Shown here in pieces: positions 1-11,437 of a stretch of 20,919 nt of DNA. Each line of letters starts with the position of its first letter. The stretch's first letter is position 1. The notes below the pieces were generated by a model. That model searched no databases and was not told the origin of the DNA. It saw only the letters and a list, made by a program, of their open reading frames with translations. The translations under genes and the position numbers were made by a program. The stretch comes from Ginkgo biloba (Eukaryota; Plantae; Ginkgophyta): NCBI GenBank assembly GCA_024626585.2, contig JANKJI020000002.1, positions 223,638,140 to 223,659,058 on the forward strand. The letters run 5' to 3'.

Positions 1-99
1 TCCTTTGGGCTCGTAAGTGTGTCTTGTCTAATTGTAAAAGTTGTTCTAACCACTATTGCAGAGTTTCTGTAGTGTCTAGGCGATGTGTTATTGCAACTC

Positions 100-837
100 T
101 CAAGCTTGGAATAATAAATTCTAAGGGCACAATTGCCTTGGTTCCAAACATCGACTGAAATGACATTTGTCCCCTAGTGATCTTATAAGTGGCGCGAAAG
201 GCCTATAATATTGATGGGAGTCGTTTTGCCCAGTGCTGACTATCAACTTTGCATGCCTTATACAACATGTTGACCAATACTTTGTTCGTAGCTTCAGTTT
301 GCCCATTGGCGTGGGGATAATAGGGACTAGAGCTTATGGTGTTTGATCATAGATTTTGACGTTAGGTGTTCAAACATTTGATTTACGAAATGCCTGCCAC
401 AATCACTTGTAGTTTGAAGTGGGTAACCAAAACGAATGATGATCTCTTCATATAGAAATTGTGCAGTGCTTTTGGTAGAGTTTTCAAGTAATGCTTGAGC
501 TTCTACCCATTTAGTTAGATATTTCGTGGCCACTATGATATAATGACAATGGCCAACATGCGACAGATGCTTAAAAGGACCTACGAAATACAATCCCTAT
601 TATTAAAAAATTTCTTGAGATAAGGATTAAATGAAGTGGCATCCAATCTGTACCCAAGGGTCGCCTTGTGCATTGGCATGTGTCAAAACATTCTGCAAAA
701 TCTTGAGCATCATTGAAAAGTTGAGGCCACCATAACCTAATAAAGAGAATTTTACAGCTTGTCCCATCAAGATCCACGTGTCCACTTATAGGACTCGAAT
801 GGGCTTCCGAAAGAACCTTGTGTACTTCTTCAGGCAT
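100..837 (-). pseudogene. Retrotransposon integrase remnant (HHCC zinc-binding domain plus catalytic core)
   Basis: ORF 571..837 has EAHSSPISGH...WWPQLFNDAQDFAECFDTCQ (H-H-C-C pattern). ORF 327..593 has FVGPF, YIIVATKYLTKWVEA, FLYEEIIIRFGYP, SDCGRHF. A shifted frame continues PYYPHANGQTEATNKVL. Frameshifted. Confidence 0.95.
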
Positions 838-1059
838 GATACATCTTTGTGTGTGTGGTCTAGTCCCATTTTCTACAACATTCCATTGATCATCTAAAAA
901 AGTGTAGTTTTTCTTGCTATCTCCCTTTGTTCCGCTGCAGGCACCTGCACAGGGAAAGTCCCTTTAGAGAGAGTATGCTATGCTCCTATACAATTTAGGA
1001 ATTATTGAAATTTTGGAAAGTTGTACATTTGGGAACTCATCAAACACTCTAGTAGTTGG

Positions 1060-1450
1060 TTTGCTAGATTGAATATGTGATAAATGATCAATCGCTACAT
1101 GTTGGTTTCTTGGTCATATAACCACCCGAAAATTGAATTCTTGAAATAACGGAAGCCTTTGATTGATTCATCCTTATATTATGGGTTTGTTAACCATATA
1201 TAGCAAGGCTTGGTTATCCACAAAGAAAACGAAAGTGTTTGCTAATAAGTAGTGGCAGAATATTTATAGGGCATACACCATTTCCAATCCTTTGATTATA
1301 TTGTATTGTAATTTTGCTTAGGTAGGGTTAGTTTTTGGCTAGTAAAATAGATTGGGTGGTCTAATCCACAATCTCCTTCTTGTGCCAAGGTATACCTAAT
1401 AGCCAAATTGGATGCGTCGACATGAACATGGAATTCCTTATTTGAATTGG
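1060..1450 (-). pseudogene. Ty3/gypsy RNase H remnant
   Basis: FHVHVDASNLAIRYTLAQ...HPIYFTSQKL...QNY, followed in a shifted frame by HYLLANTFVFFVDNQALLYMVNKP and LFQEFNF. Confidence 0.92.
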
Positions 1451-1559
1451 AGATGTGAGAATGGGTGCAGTGATTAGTCATTGTTCAAACACATCAACCA
1501 TTATTTGATGTTCTTTCTGCCATAGGAATTGAACATTTGCCTGTAAGAGATCATCCAAG

Positions 1560-2332
1560 GGCCTCGCAATCTTTATAAAGATTTCGAGAAAGCTACTTTG
1601 GTAGCCCGTTTGACCTAGGAATGGCCAGATCCCATTTGGGTTTGTTGGAGGTCCCATCTAAATGATTATTCATACTTGTCGGTATCCACTTTTAGGTCTT
1701 GTTCGCATACAATATGCCCCAACAACTTCCCACTTGGAACTAGTAATTGGCACTTGGTTGGATTCGATGCTAGGTGTGCTTGTGTACAAATCTCCATACA
1801 TTCTTATGTGGCTTAGAGGTGGTTCTGCTTATCACCGTAGAGTACCCAATCATTTAAGAAAACTTGTGTCTTATCATTAGATAACCTATTGAACAATTGC
1901 ATTATAATCCATTGAAATGTCGTTGATGCATTGCACAATCCAAAAGGCATTTTATTGTAGGCAAAAATGTTGAACTCGGTCACAAATGTGGTTTTTGTAT
2001 GGTCATTTTCAGTGAATATGGTTGTATTTCGAGAATTCGTCTAGGAAGGAGTATATCTAATGTCTTGCTACTTCTTCCAAGATAGTATCCATATATTGTA
2101 GTGGAAAGGGATCCTTTTTGGTTGTTGCATTTAACTTCTAAAAGTCGACACATATGCACATCTTACCAATCTTCTTTAAGGAAACCACAATTGGTGATGC
2201 CCAATTGCTAGAACTTACTTCGAATATTATTCTCGCATCCAACATTCGATTGATCTCTATTTGAATCTCGGTGGCAAATTTAGGATTAATGCGATATGGT
2301 CGTTGTCGCATTAGCTTTGCTTTGAGCAACAA
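1560..2332 (-). pseudogene. Ty3/gypsy reverse transcriptase remnant
   Basis: PYRINP...WASPIVVSLKK..MCICVDF*KLNATTKKDPFPL; KTTFVTEF.IFAYNKMPFGLCNASTTFQ; catalytic motif reads FLNDW (1860-1846, a D>N version of FLDDW); KLLGHIV. Confidence 0.95.
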
Positions 2333-2899
2333 TTCAATATGGTGCTCACATAAGTCGCTGGGTCACAATATGTCCATGCAAACACATGTTTGTAATCTTA
2401 AAATATTTTTATTACCACTTGGATGTGTAGCATCCCAAGTAGTACCCATGAGAATATTCTAGGGTTGCTCTTTGTGCCCAAATTACTTCTGTCACCAGTG
2501 GTTCTTTATGTTGGATGTCTTTGACTAAATGGAACTTAGGCTTACTCTAAACTTAGTTGGACATTGCTCGTTTGGAACTCTAAAAATCGTCATGAGGAAT
2601 TACTCACCCCGCTTGCCGATTAGAGGGAGTCAACACCGAGTGATTCTTCCCCATTGATAAGATAGCATGAAGGCATCATATTGCTCTTGTTGCCAATGTA
2701 GGAGGCCACTAGAAGAGTAGGCATTACCATTCAAACATGGATCCAACATGAGCACTTCTTCCTTCAGGGTTCCCATTCATCTACTTCTTCATCTTCACCT
2801 TGGTTGTTTGCTTTGGAGTCTAAACTTGAGGCAAATTCTTTGCTAATTGTGTTTTAAATAAAGTCAATGTAGAAATGTTTACTTCCTTTCTTAATGGCA

Positions 2900-3195
2900 A
2901 AGGCGTTCCTTCGCCAATGTTGTATCACTTGTGCATCTCTTAGCCATGGACGCCATATGTTACAACTCCTAGAATCATTGGTAACGACTACAAAGTCAAC
3001 CCAAAATATCCATTCAAGCGATGTGCACTTCTTGTTGCATTAATAATTCTCTTGGAATTACTCAACTTTGATCTTCCATCCGAAGTTGAAATTGAGGTGG
3101 CCACAATGTTGGCTTCCCCAATTGTTGCCAACATTCTTCCAAAATAATGCTAACCCCTGATCCTCCATCAATAATAGTATATGGTATCTCCTTTT
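2900..3195 (-). pseudogene. Retropepsin aspartic protease remnant
   Basis: Manual translation gives EIPYTIIDGGSGVSIILEECWQQLGKPTLWPPQFQLRMEDQ and a C-terminal RPWLRDAQV motif near 2960-2925. Confidence 0.88.
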
Positions 3196-3674
3196 CCTAA
3201 ATGGCCATCAAAATTACTGTTGCTTGGTCTTGATTGATTTTTTCAAGGACTCTTTCCCAACATTATCCACAAACATATCTCCTTGAATCGGTTCGCCTGT
3301 TTCCATGAATTCTGTGATGATAGACACGTCCATTATTGATACAACTGGTGGTGGCAGTTGATTCTCCTCATGTACTTGTTTCACCATATCTTGTAAATTT
3401 TTTGGAAAAGTGATGTAGCCACCTTCCTTGGTATCTCCAATTCTAGCAATTGTTTTGCTAATTGGAGTACCTAAGTATTCCATTGTGCAATATCCACTAA
3501 AATAGTGTCTTCCGCTTGCTACAACTCATTCACAAATGTTTTGGCTTTTTGCACTCTACACTTCACCCTCTGAGGGTCCCAATACAGTTGTTTGGCCATG
3601 TGCCATGTCTCGACCTTAAAGGTGGGTGTGTTATCTAGATTATCTCGTCAAATGAAATTAACACCCTTTAGTCT

Positions 3675-4712
3675 TGGGCATGTTTGGTCTAAATGATTCC
3701 CAGGCCCCATTCCAAACACATCAATATTCTCTTGGCTAGTTTTGTGAAATCCTTGCTAAAGTGTCTAACCATTGGTCAAACTACTTCTTCATACTACATA
3801 GGTGGTCCCCTATTTGTCTAAAAACTTTGATAACCACTACCTCTAGAATTACATCTCTGGTTACTATCCTGCCAACTTATTGTTGTTGCTACATCCTCTA
3901 TAAGATATATTTAGGCTTCTTGAGTTCTTTGGGCACTCTGTGTATTGTATGTACATTCATTTGAGTTGTGGTAATTAACTTTGCAAATGTCACAATATTT
4001 ATTCCTATGTTGGGGACAATTTGTTTCTAGATGCTCTAATAGCTTGCATCTAGTACACTGGACTTCTTTTTTCTCTTTTGATTTTTTTCATGAATGACTT
4101 CATCAACCTAGCCATATCCTCCCATAATGCTTCGACTGCTAATGTGCCTTCTTCATCGTCTTCATCAGATTTTTCTTGCGTCAACTTCTCTGTCCGATCT
4201 TTTGTCTCCAAAATCAGTGCCCGATTTACCACTTCTTTATATGTTGTAGGAGGTGCCACTTTTAGTTTCTTTCCATGTTTTGGTAATATNNNNNNNNNNN
4301 NNNNNNNNNNNNNNNNNNNNNNNNNNNNNNNNNNNNNNNNNNNTTAAGGCCATCTATCACATTTGACATCTACTTTGTTAGTGCTTTTAGTTTTTTGTTA
4401 TACTCCTATATCATTTGTCCTTGATCTTGTTGCAACTTGTAGATTTGGTTAATGGCCTCGCTATCACCCTCCAACAATTGGAATTCCTTGACCAAGGCAT
4501 CCTATAAAGCCTGCAATGATGAGAAATGGCCTTTTTTGAAATCTTTATACCAATCAGGGTTGCTAGGAAAACCCTCAACCATTTTGTATGTTCTTCCACT
4601 CCATTAGCAGTTCATATTATTTCACATATGTTGCAATGTGTTGGATCCTTGTTTTATTCCCACTAAATGTTGGCAACCATTGTCTTTTGAGTACTTGCAT
4701 TGGAGATGCCAT
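3675..4712 (-). pseudogene. Gag remnant with tandem CCHC zinc knuckles
   Basis: ATG at 4712 (MASPMQVLKRQWLPTFSG), ANGVEEHTKWLRVFLATL, PPTTYKEVVNRA. Region 4057-3953 translates to CTRCKLLEHLETNC-PQHRNKY-CDICKVNYHNSNEC, two perfect Cx2Cx4Hx4C motifs. Confidence 0.88.
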
Positions 4713-5630
4713 GGTATTTACCTTTGTCGATTACTCCTTATGCTTCTATACTGTGCTTCTCCTTGATGGAGTGCCCTTCCTTTGTGATGCCTGAGGCCAC
4801 TTCCACAATCATTTTGATTAATAAGTCCTCACAAATCTTACTGTGGCCAGAATCGCACCGTCGACTTTGACTTCCTTTCTNNNNNNNNNNNNNNNNNNNN
4901 NNNNNNNNNNNNNNNNNNNNNNNNNNNNNNNNNNNNNNNNNNNNNNNNNNNNNNNNNNNNNNNNNNNNNNNNNNNNNNNNNNNNNNNNNNNNNNNNNNNN
5001 NNNNNNNNNNNNNNNNNNNNNNNNNNNNNNNNNNNNNNNNNNNNNNNNNNNNNNNNNNNNNNNNNNNNNNNNNNNNNNNNNNNNNNNNNNNNNNNNNNNN
5101 NNNNNNNNNNNNNNNNNNNNNNNNNNNNNNNNNNNNNNNNNNNNNNNNNNNNNNNNNNNNNNNNNNNNNNNNNNNNNNNNNNNNNNNNNNNNNNNNNNNN
5201 NNNNNNNNNNNNNNNNNNNNNNNNNNNNNNNNNNNNNNNNNNNNNNNNNNNNNNNNNNNNNNNNNNNNNNNNNNNNNNNNNNNNNNNNNNNNNNNNNNNN
5301 NNNNNNNNNNNNNNNNNNNNNNNNNNNNNNNNNNNNNNNNNNNNNNNNNNNNNNNNNNNNNNNNNNNNNNNNNNNNNNNNNNNNNNNNNNNNNNNNNNNN
5401 NNNNNNNNNNNNNNNNNNNNNNNNNNNNNNNNNNNNNNNNNNNNNNNNNNNNNNNNNNNNNNNNNNNNNNNNNNNNNNNNNNNNNNNNNNNNNNNNNNNN
5501 NNNNNNNNNNNNNNNNNNNNNNNNNNNNNNNNNNNNNNNNNNNNNNNNNNNNNNNNNNNNNNNNNNNNNNNNNNNNNNNNNNNNNNNNNNNNNNNNNNNN
5601 NNNNNNNNNNNNNNNNNNNNNNNNNNNNNN

Positions 5631-5653
5631 TACGCGTGCAAGTCCTATCAACA
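5631..5653 (-). repeat. Candidate outer terminus of the 5' LTR of the minus-strand gypsy element
   Basis: Minus strand reads TGTTGATAGGACTTGCACGCGTA into the gap. It has a TG start, an abrupt switch from very AT-rich flank, and the expected position upstream of gag. No second LTR is available to confirm it. Confidence 0.4.
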
Positions 5654-6003
5654 AACTATTTATGTACATTTATTGCATGTATATATTTTCAATTTTTATT
5701 CTTCTCCTTTTATAATTAATCATATTTTTAACTTACATTTATGTATCTATATCTCCATTCATTAGTTTTTTTCCCCATTTTACTACAAGTGATATGTGGC
5801 TGAAATTTTTGAATGCATCAATAGCCAAATAAATTTCCATCAAAATCTATTGGTTATTTGTTTTAAGAACATATTTTTTAATATTTTGTGGTGACTAAGC
5901 GTATATATGTTTTAAACTAAATGTAGGGACGAGCCACCTTGTGGCACTCCTTGTTATAGGTTGCTCTGAAGAAGTTGAGGTGTTGCAATTGTTGTTTGCA
6001 CTG

Positions 6004-6049
6004 AACATCTCTAATATTGTTGTTGTGTTAAAACAATATTAGAGATGTT
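6004..6049. repeat. Perfect 18-bp inverted repeat with 10-nt loop
   Basis: AACATCTCTAATATTGTT (6004-6021), loop GTTGTGTTAA, AACAATATTAGAGATGTT (6032-6049); the arms are exact reverse complements. Confidence 0.95.
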
Positions 6050-8476
6050 ATTTATAGGTTTGGCCCTATTCCAAAGGTATAAAAGGTTCATCTTTGTGTT
6101 GATGCTGATTTTTTGAATTAGCTACAACCATTAAAGCTACCAACGTTGAGTCTAGACATGGTGGAGAAACATGACATCAAAACTCCACATCCCAAAGTTT
6201 AGAGAAGAGATTCACAATTATCTAGTTTCATCCTTGTCTTAATTAGTAGAATTTATGGGCATTTTAGTTATTTAATTTTTTTGTGGACAAAAAACATATA
6301 TTCTTTATTGATGAAAATATATTATATGTACTATTCTTGCAATTGAAAGAGACCTTTGCAATATATCTATTTTTTATGACTTGAGCTCGTTTTCCATTCT
6401 ATTGACTATTACAAAACTTCTTTTTTCTAATTCCTACCCCTTTAGACTCCTACTTATTCATTATAGTTCTATTACGTATACCTTTGCAAAAAGAAAGAAA
6501 ACATGATTTTTTTAATGTCTTTACAGATTCATGTCTTTTTCCATTTCCATTTTTCTAATAGGGGATTACCCAATTCTTCTTCTTGGGATTCCTCCCATTC
6601 TTTCCCTTGTCCTTGGTTCTCCATGTTGGTTTTGCGCCATAATGCTTGGGTTTGGATCCACCTTGCCATTGTGATGTTTTCCAGTGCAAGTTGCCCCATG
6701 TCTAGAGATTTGTTTACTCTTGTGTGTATATGTTGATGCTTCTCCTAAGATTAGCTAGATTGCTCCTAGCAAATACAGTTGGATCCATTCTTTCCATATG
6801 ATCTTAGACATTTGTCAACATTTCCACCCCTTTTATGGAAGTATTTTATATGGCAATATTATTCGGATTATCCATATTTTGTATGATGTTTATTGCCTTC
6901 TATAGAAATGTTTTATAAAATATTTGAAGTCATTAACATCCTTATGATTGCCAAGTGCCATGTTATATCCATTAAAGTACATTGTCGTGAATGGATCTAC
7001 AATTCATGTCAGTGAAGGCTTGACTTCCCTCGTGTTTGAGAATTGATTAAATAGTCTTCTTGGCTATGTTGATTTCCATCTTTGTTTTCAACATCAATTC
7101 TTTGTTCTTCTTTGCATGCATAGCCTTTTTGTTGCAGAAATCCATTTCTTTTATAAGAATGATATTGTCTCTACTAAGTTGATCCATCAACTTTTTTATT
7201 ACCTTTTGTGAAAAGATCATACATGTTTTTGTGGTAAATCTCTTCTCTTGTTGACTTAGATGGGATCTGAAGGATGCTTGGACTTTGCTTCACCATCAAT
7301 TTCTTCTTCCACTTGNNNNNNNNNNNNNNNNNNNNNNNNNNNNNNNNNNNNNNNNNNNNNNNNNNNNNNNNNNNNNNNNNNNNNNNNNNNNNNNNNNNNN
7401 NNNNNNNNNNNNNNNACCATTTAACTTTACCTCTTCCTCAATAAACGAGCCATAGGGGCTATAAAGTGGCATCTAAATATCCTTAATAGCTTAATCAACT
7501 GATTTGACTATTTGGTTAACTAATTATTTAGTTATTTAACATACCAAAGCCTTCCAATACTAAAGTTTACTTCCTTATAGGTTTGTGTTAGGATGAGTAT
7601 GAATCTATAAAAGAAAATTTCTATAGATTCTAAATATTCCACATGAAATACACAGTTATTTTTCAACATCACGTTCTCTTGGAAATCTTCCTTAAAAGTT
7701 TAAAGCTTAAGATAAACTTGGAGTTCATAAAATATGCTTATTACTGATGTACCCATTGGTAGAGGTATGAAGGTAACCTTCAAAATATACAAGTGATGAT
7801 GGGAAAGCCAAGGGCTAATCCTCACTTTTATACTATTTTAATTATTATTATACTTGTTATAGAAGTCTCTTTGCATAGACAGTATGGCTATGTCCCTATC
7901 TATAACTAATTTTAACATGTAAAATTGTCTAACATATCTCTGAGAAAAAGGTGTGGCACTTCTTGTAGCACCACGGGTTTTCCTAAGTACGTTGCACTTT
8001 CTCTTAAAATGCCATTAAAAAAATTCCTTCAAGACTAAGAGCTTGCACCTAGAGAGTTTTTGGAATTGTTATAGTTGCAATCTTGATGTTGCTCTCTATT
8101 TGAGGCACTCAACTTATTCAACACAGGGTCTCCTCTCATACCGTAAGGAATTTAGTAAATGTTGTTGCTACACTTGGACAAGTCTAGCTTGCATGCAAAT
8201 TTGAAACACAAACCATTACATTGGCGCTTATGCTTGATTTGAGACTCTAATGTTGGCATGTTTGCACTAAAAGAAATATTATTTCTATCTTTCCATAAAA
8301 TGGGAAGTTCACAAAGTAGGATATGACATCCAAATTGGAAAATAAAAGTATCATTGAGGAGGTCTCCTAATAATGCATCTGCCCAATGAAAATTATGGAT
8401 GGTATGCAAATGTGATTTCTATATCTAGCTTTGCCTTGAATCTTTGCAAGAGATGCATTGGATAGATGTGTTATAA

Positions 8477-8488
8477 TGGTACTAGAGT
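8477..8488 (+). other. Degenerate tRNA-iMet primer-binding site after a decayed LTR end
   Basis: GTGTTATA-A-TGGTACTAGAGT versus the canonical ...TTACA-n-TGGTATCAGAGC (9/12 match), immediately upstream of a gag remnant. Confidence 0.55.
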
Positions 8489-8499
8489 GAAGTTTGATT

Positions 8500-9195
8500 C
8501 ATGCCTAAAGTTGTGAAATGACCATAGTGGAGGAACTTTTAATAGAGAAATTGAAGGCCCAAGAGATGAAGTTGAGAGCCCAATTGGGCCCATGCATAGA
8601 AACTAGAGAGTATGCTTAATACAATATTCAATGGTCATAAAGTTGGGGGCAATAACAATGCCAACCATGCAACAATTGGCAACATAAGAGGCGGTAGCTT
8701 TGGACGAGTATACCAACAACAAATGAGACAATATAAGACCAAAAAGCATCAACCATTGCTTTAGTTCAAGAGGAGAGAAATGAAACTAGTAGTGGAAGTC
8801 CAAGGCAAAATGACCACTGTGATTATACAAAAGGCGAAACTTTTAATACTCCTCCCCCTATTACTTCTATCCATGAACTCCAATTGTTGGAAATTTTGAG
8901 GCAATTGGACACCATCAAGTTGCCTGGATTTGAAGGTAAAGGCAAAGTTGTAGAGTTTAGTACTTGGCTAGAGGTATGAAGAATAATTTCCAAGCTTTAT
9001 GTATCCTAAAAATAAAAAAGGTCATGGTTGAAATTTAGTTGAAAGATTATGTTGCTATATGGTGGATTGGCGTGTCTTAACAAGTGGATGACTACGTTAG
9101 AAAACATATAAGTTCATGGGAACAGATGTATGAAATAATGAACCATTATTTTGCTACAAATAATGATATGGATGAAATAAGAAATCCACTTTTAT
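8500..9195 (+). pseudogene. Ty3/gypsy gag remnant
   Basis: LRQLDTIKLPGFEGKGKVVEFSTWLE, LKDYVAIWW and SSWEQMYEIMNHYFA are typical retrotransposon gag motifs, with stops and frameshifts. Confidence 0.75.
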
Positions 9196-10399
9196 CTATT
9201 GTTCATATAGGGAAGGTGTGAGAATATAATTAATGTAAGAATTTGAACCAGTGATACAACACAAAATAGAACAATCACAGAAAACGTACACAAAGATTTN
9301 NNNNNNNNNNNNNNNNNNNNNNNNNNNNNNNNNNNNNNNNNNNNNNNNNNNNNNNNNNNNNNNNNNNNNNNNNNNNNNNNNNNNNNNNNNNNNNNNNNNC
9401 TTCTTTTGAGTTGGGTTGGATCTAAAGAAGAAGGATAATTATCAACTTTAATTTCACAGTGGCAGGAAGCCAATAATCTTATGAAAAGCCCACAAAATTG
9501 GTCTGAAAATCAACCTTGTTTGAATGTTAGGTATAGGACCAAAATTTCGAATGGGATCCTAGGGTAAGTGCCCCTCACGACAGTCACCATATGGCCAATT
9601 TACACTTTGAAATCCTAAAGTTCGATCACTTTTGCTAAGGAAAACTCATGTTAGAGGAATTTGTTAAAGTCCCACAAATTTGTCAAAATCACATACAATT
9701 TCAAGTTTACAATGTGCTGCAATATCCACAATAAGTTGTGATAGTTATGAATAGAAGTTGAACTTCTGGTGAATTTCCATTGCCATGATACAAGTTATTT
9801 CCAAGAGCTTGGTTGATTCAGAATCTCCATACAACAAGGTTTATATTCCATTGCTAGATTGATCAAAGCATGCTTCTATGGGATGGTAAATTCATCCAAT
9901 CTTGGTAAAAAGTTCAATTGTAAGCACCAGTCATTGAGTCGTGCACATTTGTCAAAGTGATAGAAGGCTGCAATAGTGCATAAGATAGTGACAATGCAAA
10001 GAGATGTGACAAAGGTGCAATGTCGCACATGATTGTCATGTTGAAAAAGGCTACGATAGTGCATAAAGTAGTAAGAGTGAAAAAGGCTATGGAAAGATCA
10101 ACATTTGAGATTGACTTTGACGAGATCAATGGTGCAGGACTAAAATTCAGCAATTTTTGGAGCCATTTCATAAACATTGAAAGCTTTAACGAAGATTTCA
10201 GCAAAATTTGCGAAGATTTTGTATATATTACGAAAGTACACATCTTGGCATGAAATTTTAATGGAAATTTGATCTAATTTGGGTTCATAACATAGCTAGA
10301 AGATTCAACACAAGTTCAACTAGGGTTTTGGAGTTCTTTCTGAGTTTGTGATTGTAATTACATAACTTTAAAAAGTTATCTCTTATTTTAAAGAGTAGT

Positions 10400-10685
10400 T
10401 ATATAGGTGAGCAATGATCTTATTGATAACCAAATAAATAGAGATTTCGAAAAGTATAAAAAATTCTATAATAATAGTGAAATGACCCACAAAGGTGTTG
10501 ACATTGCAAAATTGTTTATTTTTGAAATATTTTCAAAATTTGGTTTTCTCGAGTGACAAATATCCAAAGTTCAAAAAATTGTTCCAGAAAGAGTTCTTTT
10601 GTGAGCTTGGCATTGAACTAGATTTTAACAGGGGAGATCATATGGAAATAGAGGACCAAATAGAAAGGGTGAACCAAATCATGGA
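10400..10685 (+). pseudogene. Ty3/gypsy integrase core remnant
   Basis: KGVDIAKLFIFEIFSKFGF then SDKYPKFKKLFQKEFFCELGIELDFNRGDHMEIEDQIERVNQIMD, matching the familiar SDRDPKFTSxFW...LGTxLxFSTAxHPETDGQTERVNQ pattern. Ends abruptly at 10685. Confidence 0.85.
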
Positions 10686-11437
10686 TGTAATTGCCCGTCC
10701 TCAAACTTGTAATGCCTATGTAATACATAAATACATGCATATATTTAGATATTTATTCATCTTAATTTATGGTGTAGTTCAATTTAAACATATGGATGGA
10801 AAAGGTCAAAGGGTAGGAATACTAATACTACAATATTAGTGACATGGGGAACTAAACATCATTGTAGGCCTTAGGGATGACTTGGGGGCTTATTGCATCA
10901 CCAAACTATCGATGGCATCCCTATGCACACTGTTACTTCCTAGCAATGATTACTTATCCCCTAAACTCCACCCCTCAACCATACATCAATAAGAGTGCTA
11001 GGCCACAACTATCATCTCAAACCCTTTTTCGTACAAAGATTACCCATAATAGGGTTCCATCCTTTAACTAACAGTTATTTATTTATATTAATTTTTGGTA
11101 CCTTTTACAGTTGTCTTTTCACCCATTTAAATTTATTTTATGGTAATGTGACTGATAGTTCATTAAATATCCTTTCAACATGACAGTCACCTAAGGTTTA
11201 TTTCAACCTCTATGGATAAAGAACAAAAGGTTATCCTTTCAAACCAATAGCCATACCAACAACCATGAGGAAAAACAAATTATGGGGTATCCTTTCAACC
11301 CAATAGCCCTCATACCTGGGTATATTGCAACCTACTATAGTTTTAACCCATAAAACCATACAAAATATCAAAGCCTTTTATGTAATGCTATCCCCAATAG
11401 ATATTAGTTGTAGTATCTCAAACCCTTTTTGGTACAG
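10686..11437. mobile_element. Probable LTR-like insertion interrupting the integrase
   Basis: Begins TGTAATTGCCCG exactly where integrase similarity stops. Non-coding, with internal sub-repeats TATCCTTTCAA(A/C)CCAATAGCC (11232, 11288; partial copy at 11168). The other end and a TSD were not found. Confidence 0.5.

Larger units (their letters stand above)
1..5653 (-). mobile_element. Degenerate Ty3/gypsy LTR retrotransposon (non-chromovirus, Athila/Phygy/Selgy-like), order gag-PR-RT-RH-INT; 3' end lies beyond the left window edge
   Basis: Minus-strand translation gives collinear domains: gag (LPTFSG..., WLRVFLATL), CCHC knuckles, protease IIDGGSG, RT (WASPIVV, CVDF, MPFGLCNA, FLNDW), RNase H (VDAS), integrase HHCC and core. 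INT after RH defines Ty3/gypsy. Many stops and frameshifts. The right boundary is tentative because of the 750-N gap, and the lineage call is inference. Confidence 0.93.

Noticed and set aside
4818-5715. Long 267-290-aa ORFs, and other X-containing ORFs in the track
   Set aside because: Artefacts of translating N gaps.
8152-8409. 85-aa minus-strand ORF
   Set aside because: No motif; it lies in probable LTR sequence just upstream of a PBS and is a chance-length ORF.
9876-10253. Overlapping 62-109-aa ORFs
   Set aside because: No recognisable domain; they overlap locally duplicated low-complexity sequence.
9200-10310. Solo LTR with TG...CA ends
   Set aside because: The flanking 5-mers (TCTAT vs CAAGT) do not form a TSD and a gap lies inside, so it is not supportable as a feature.
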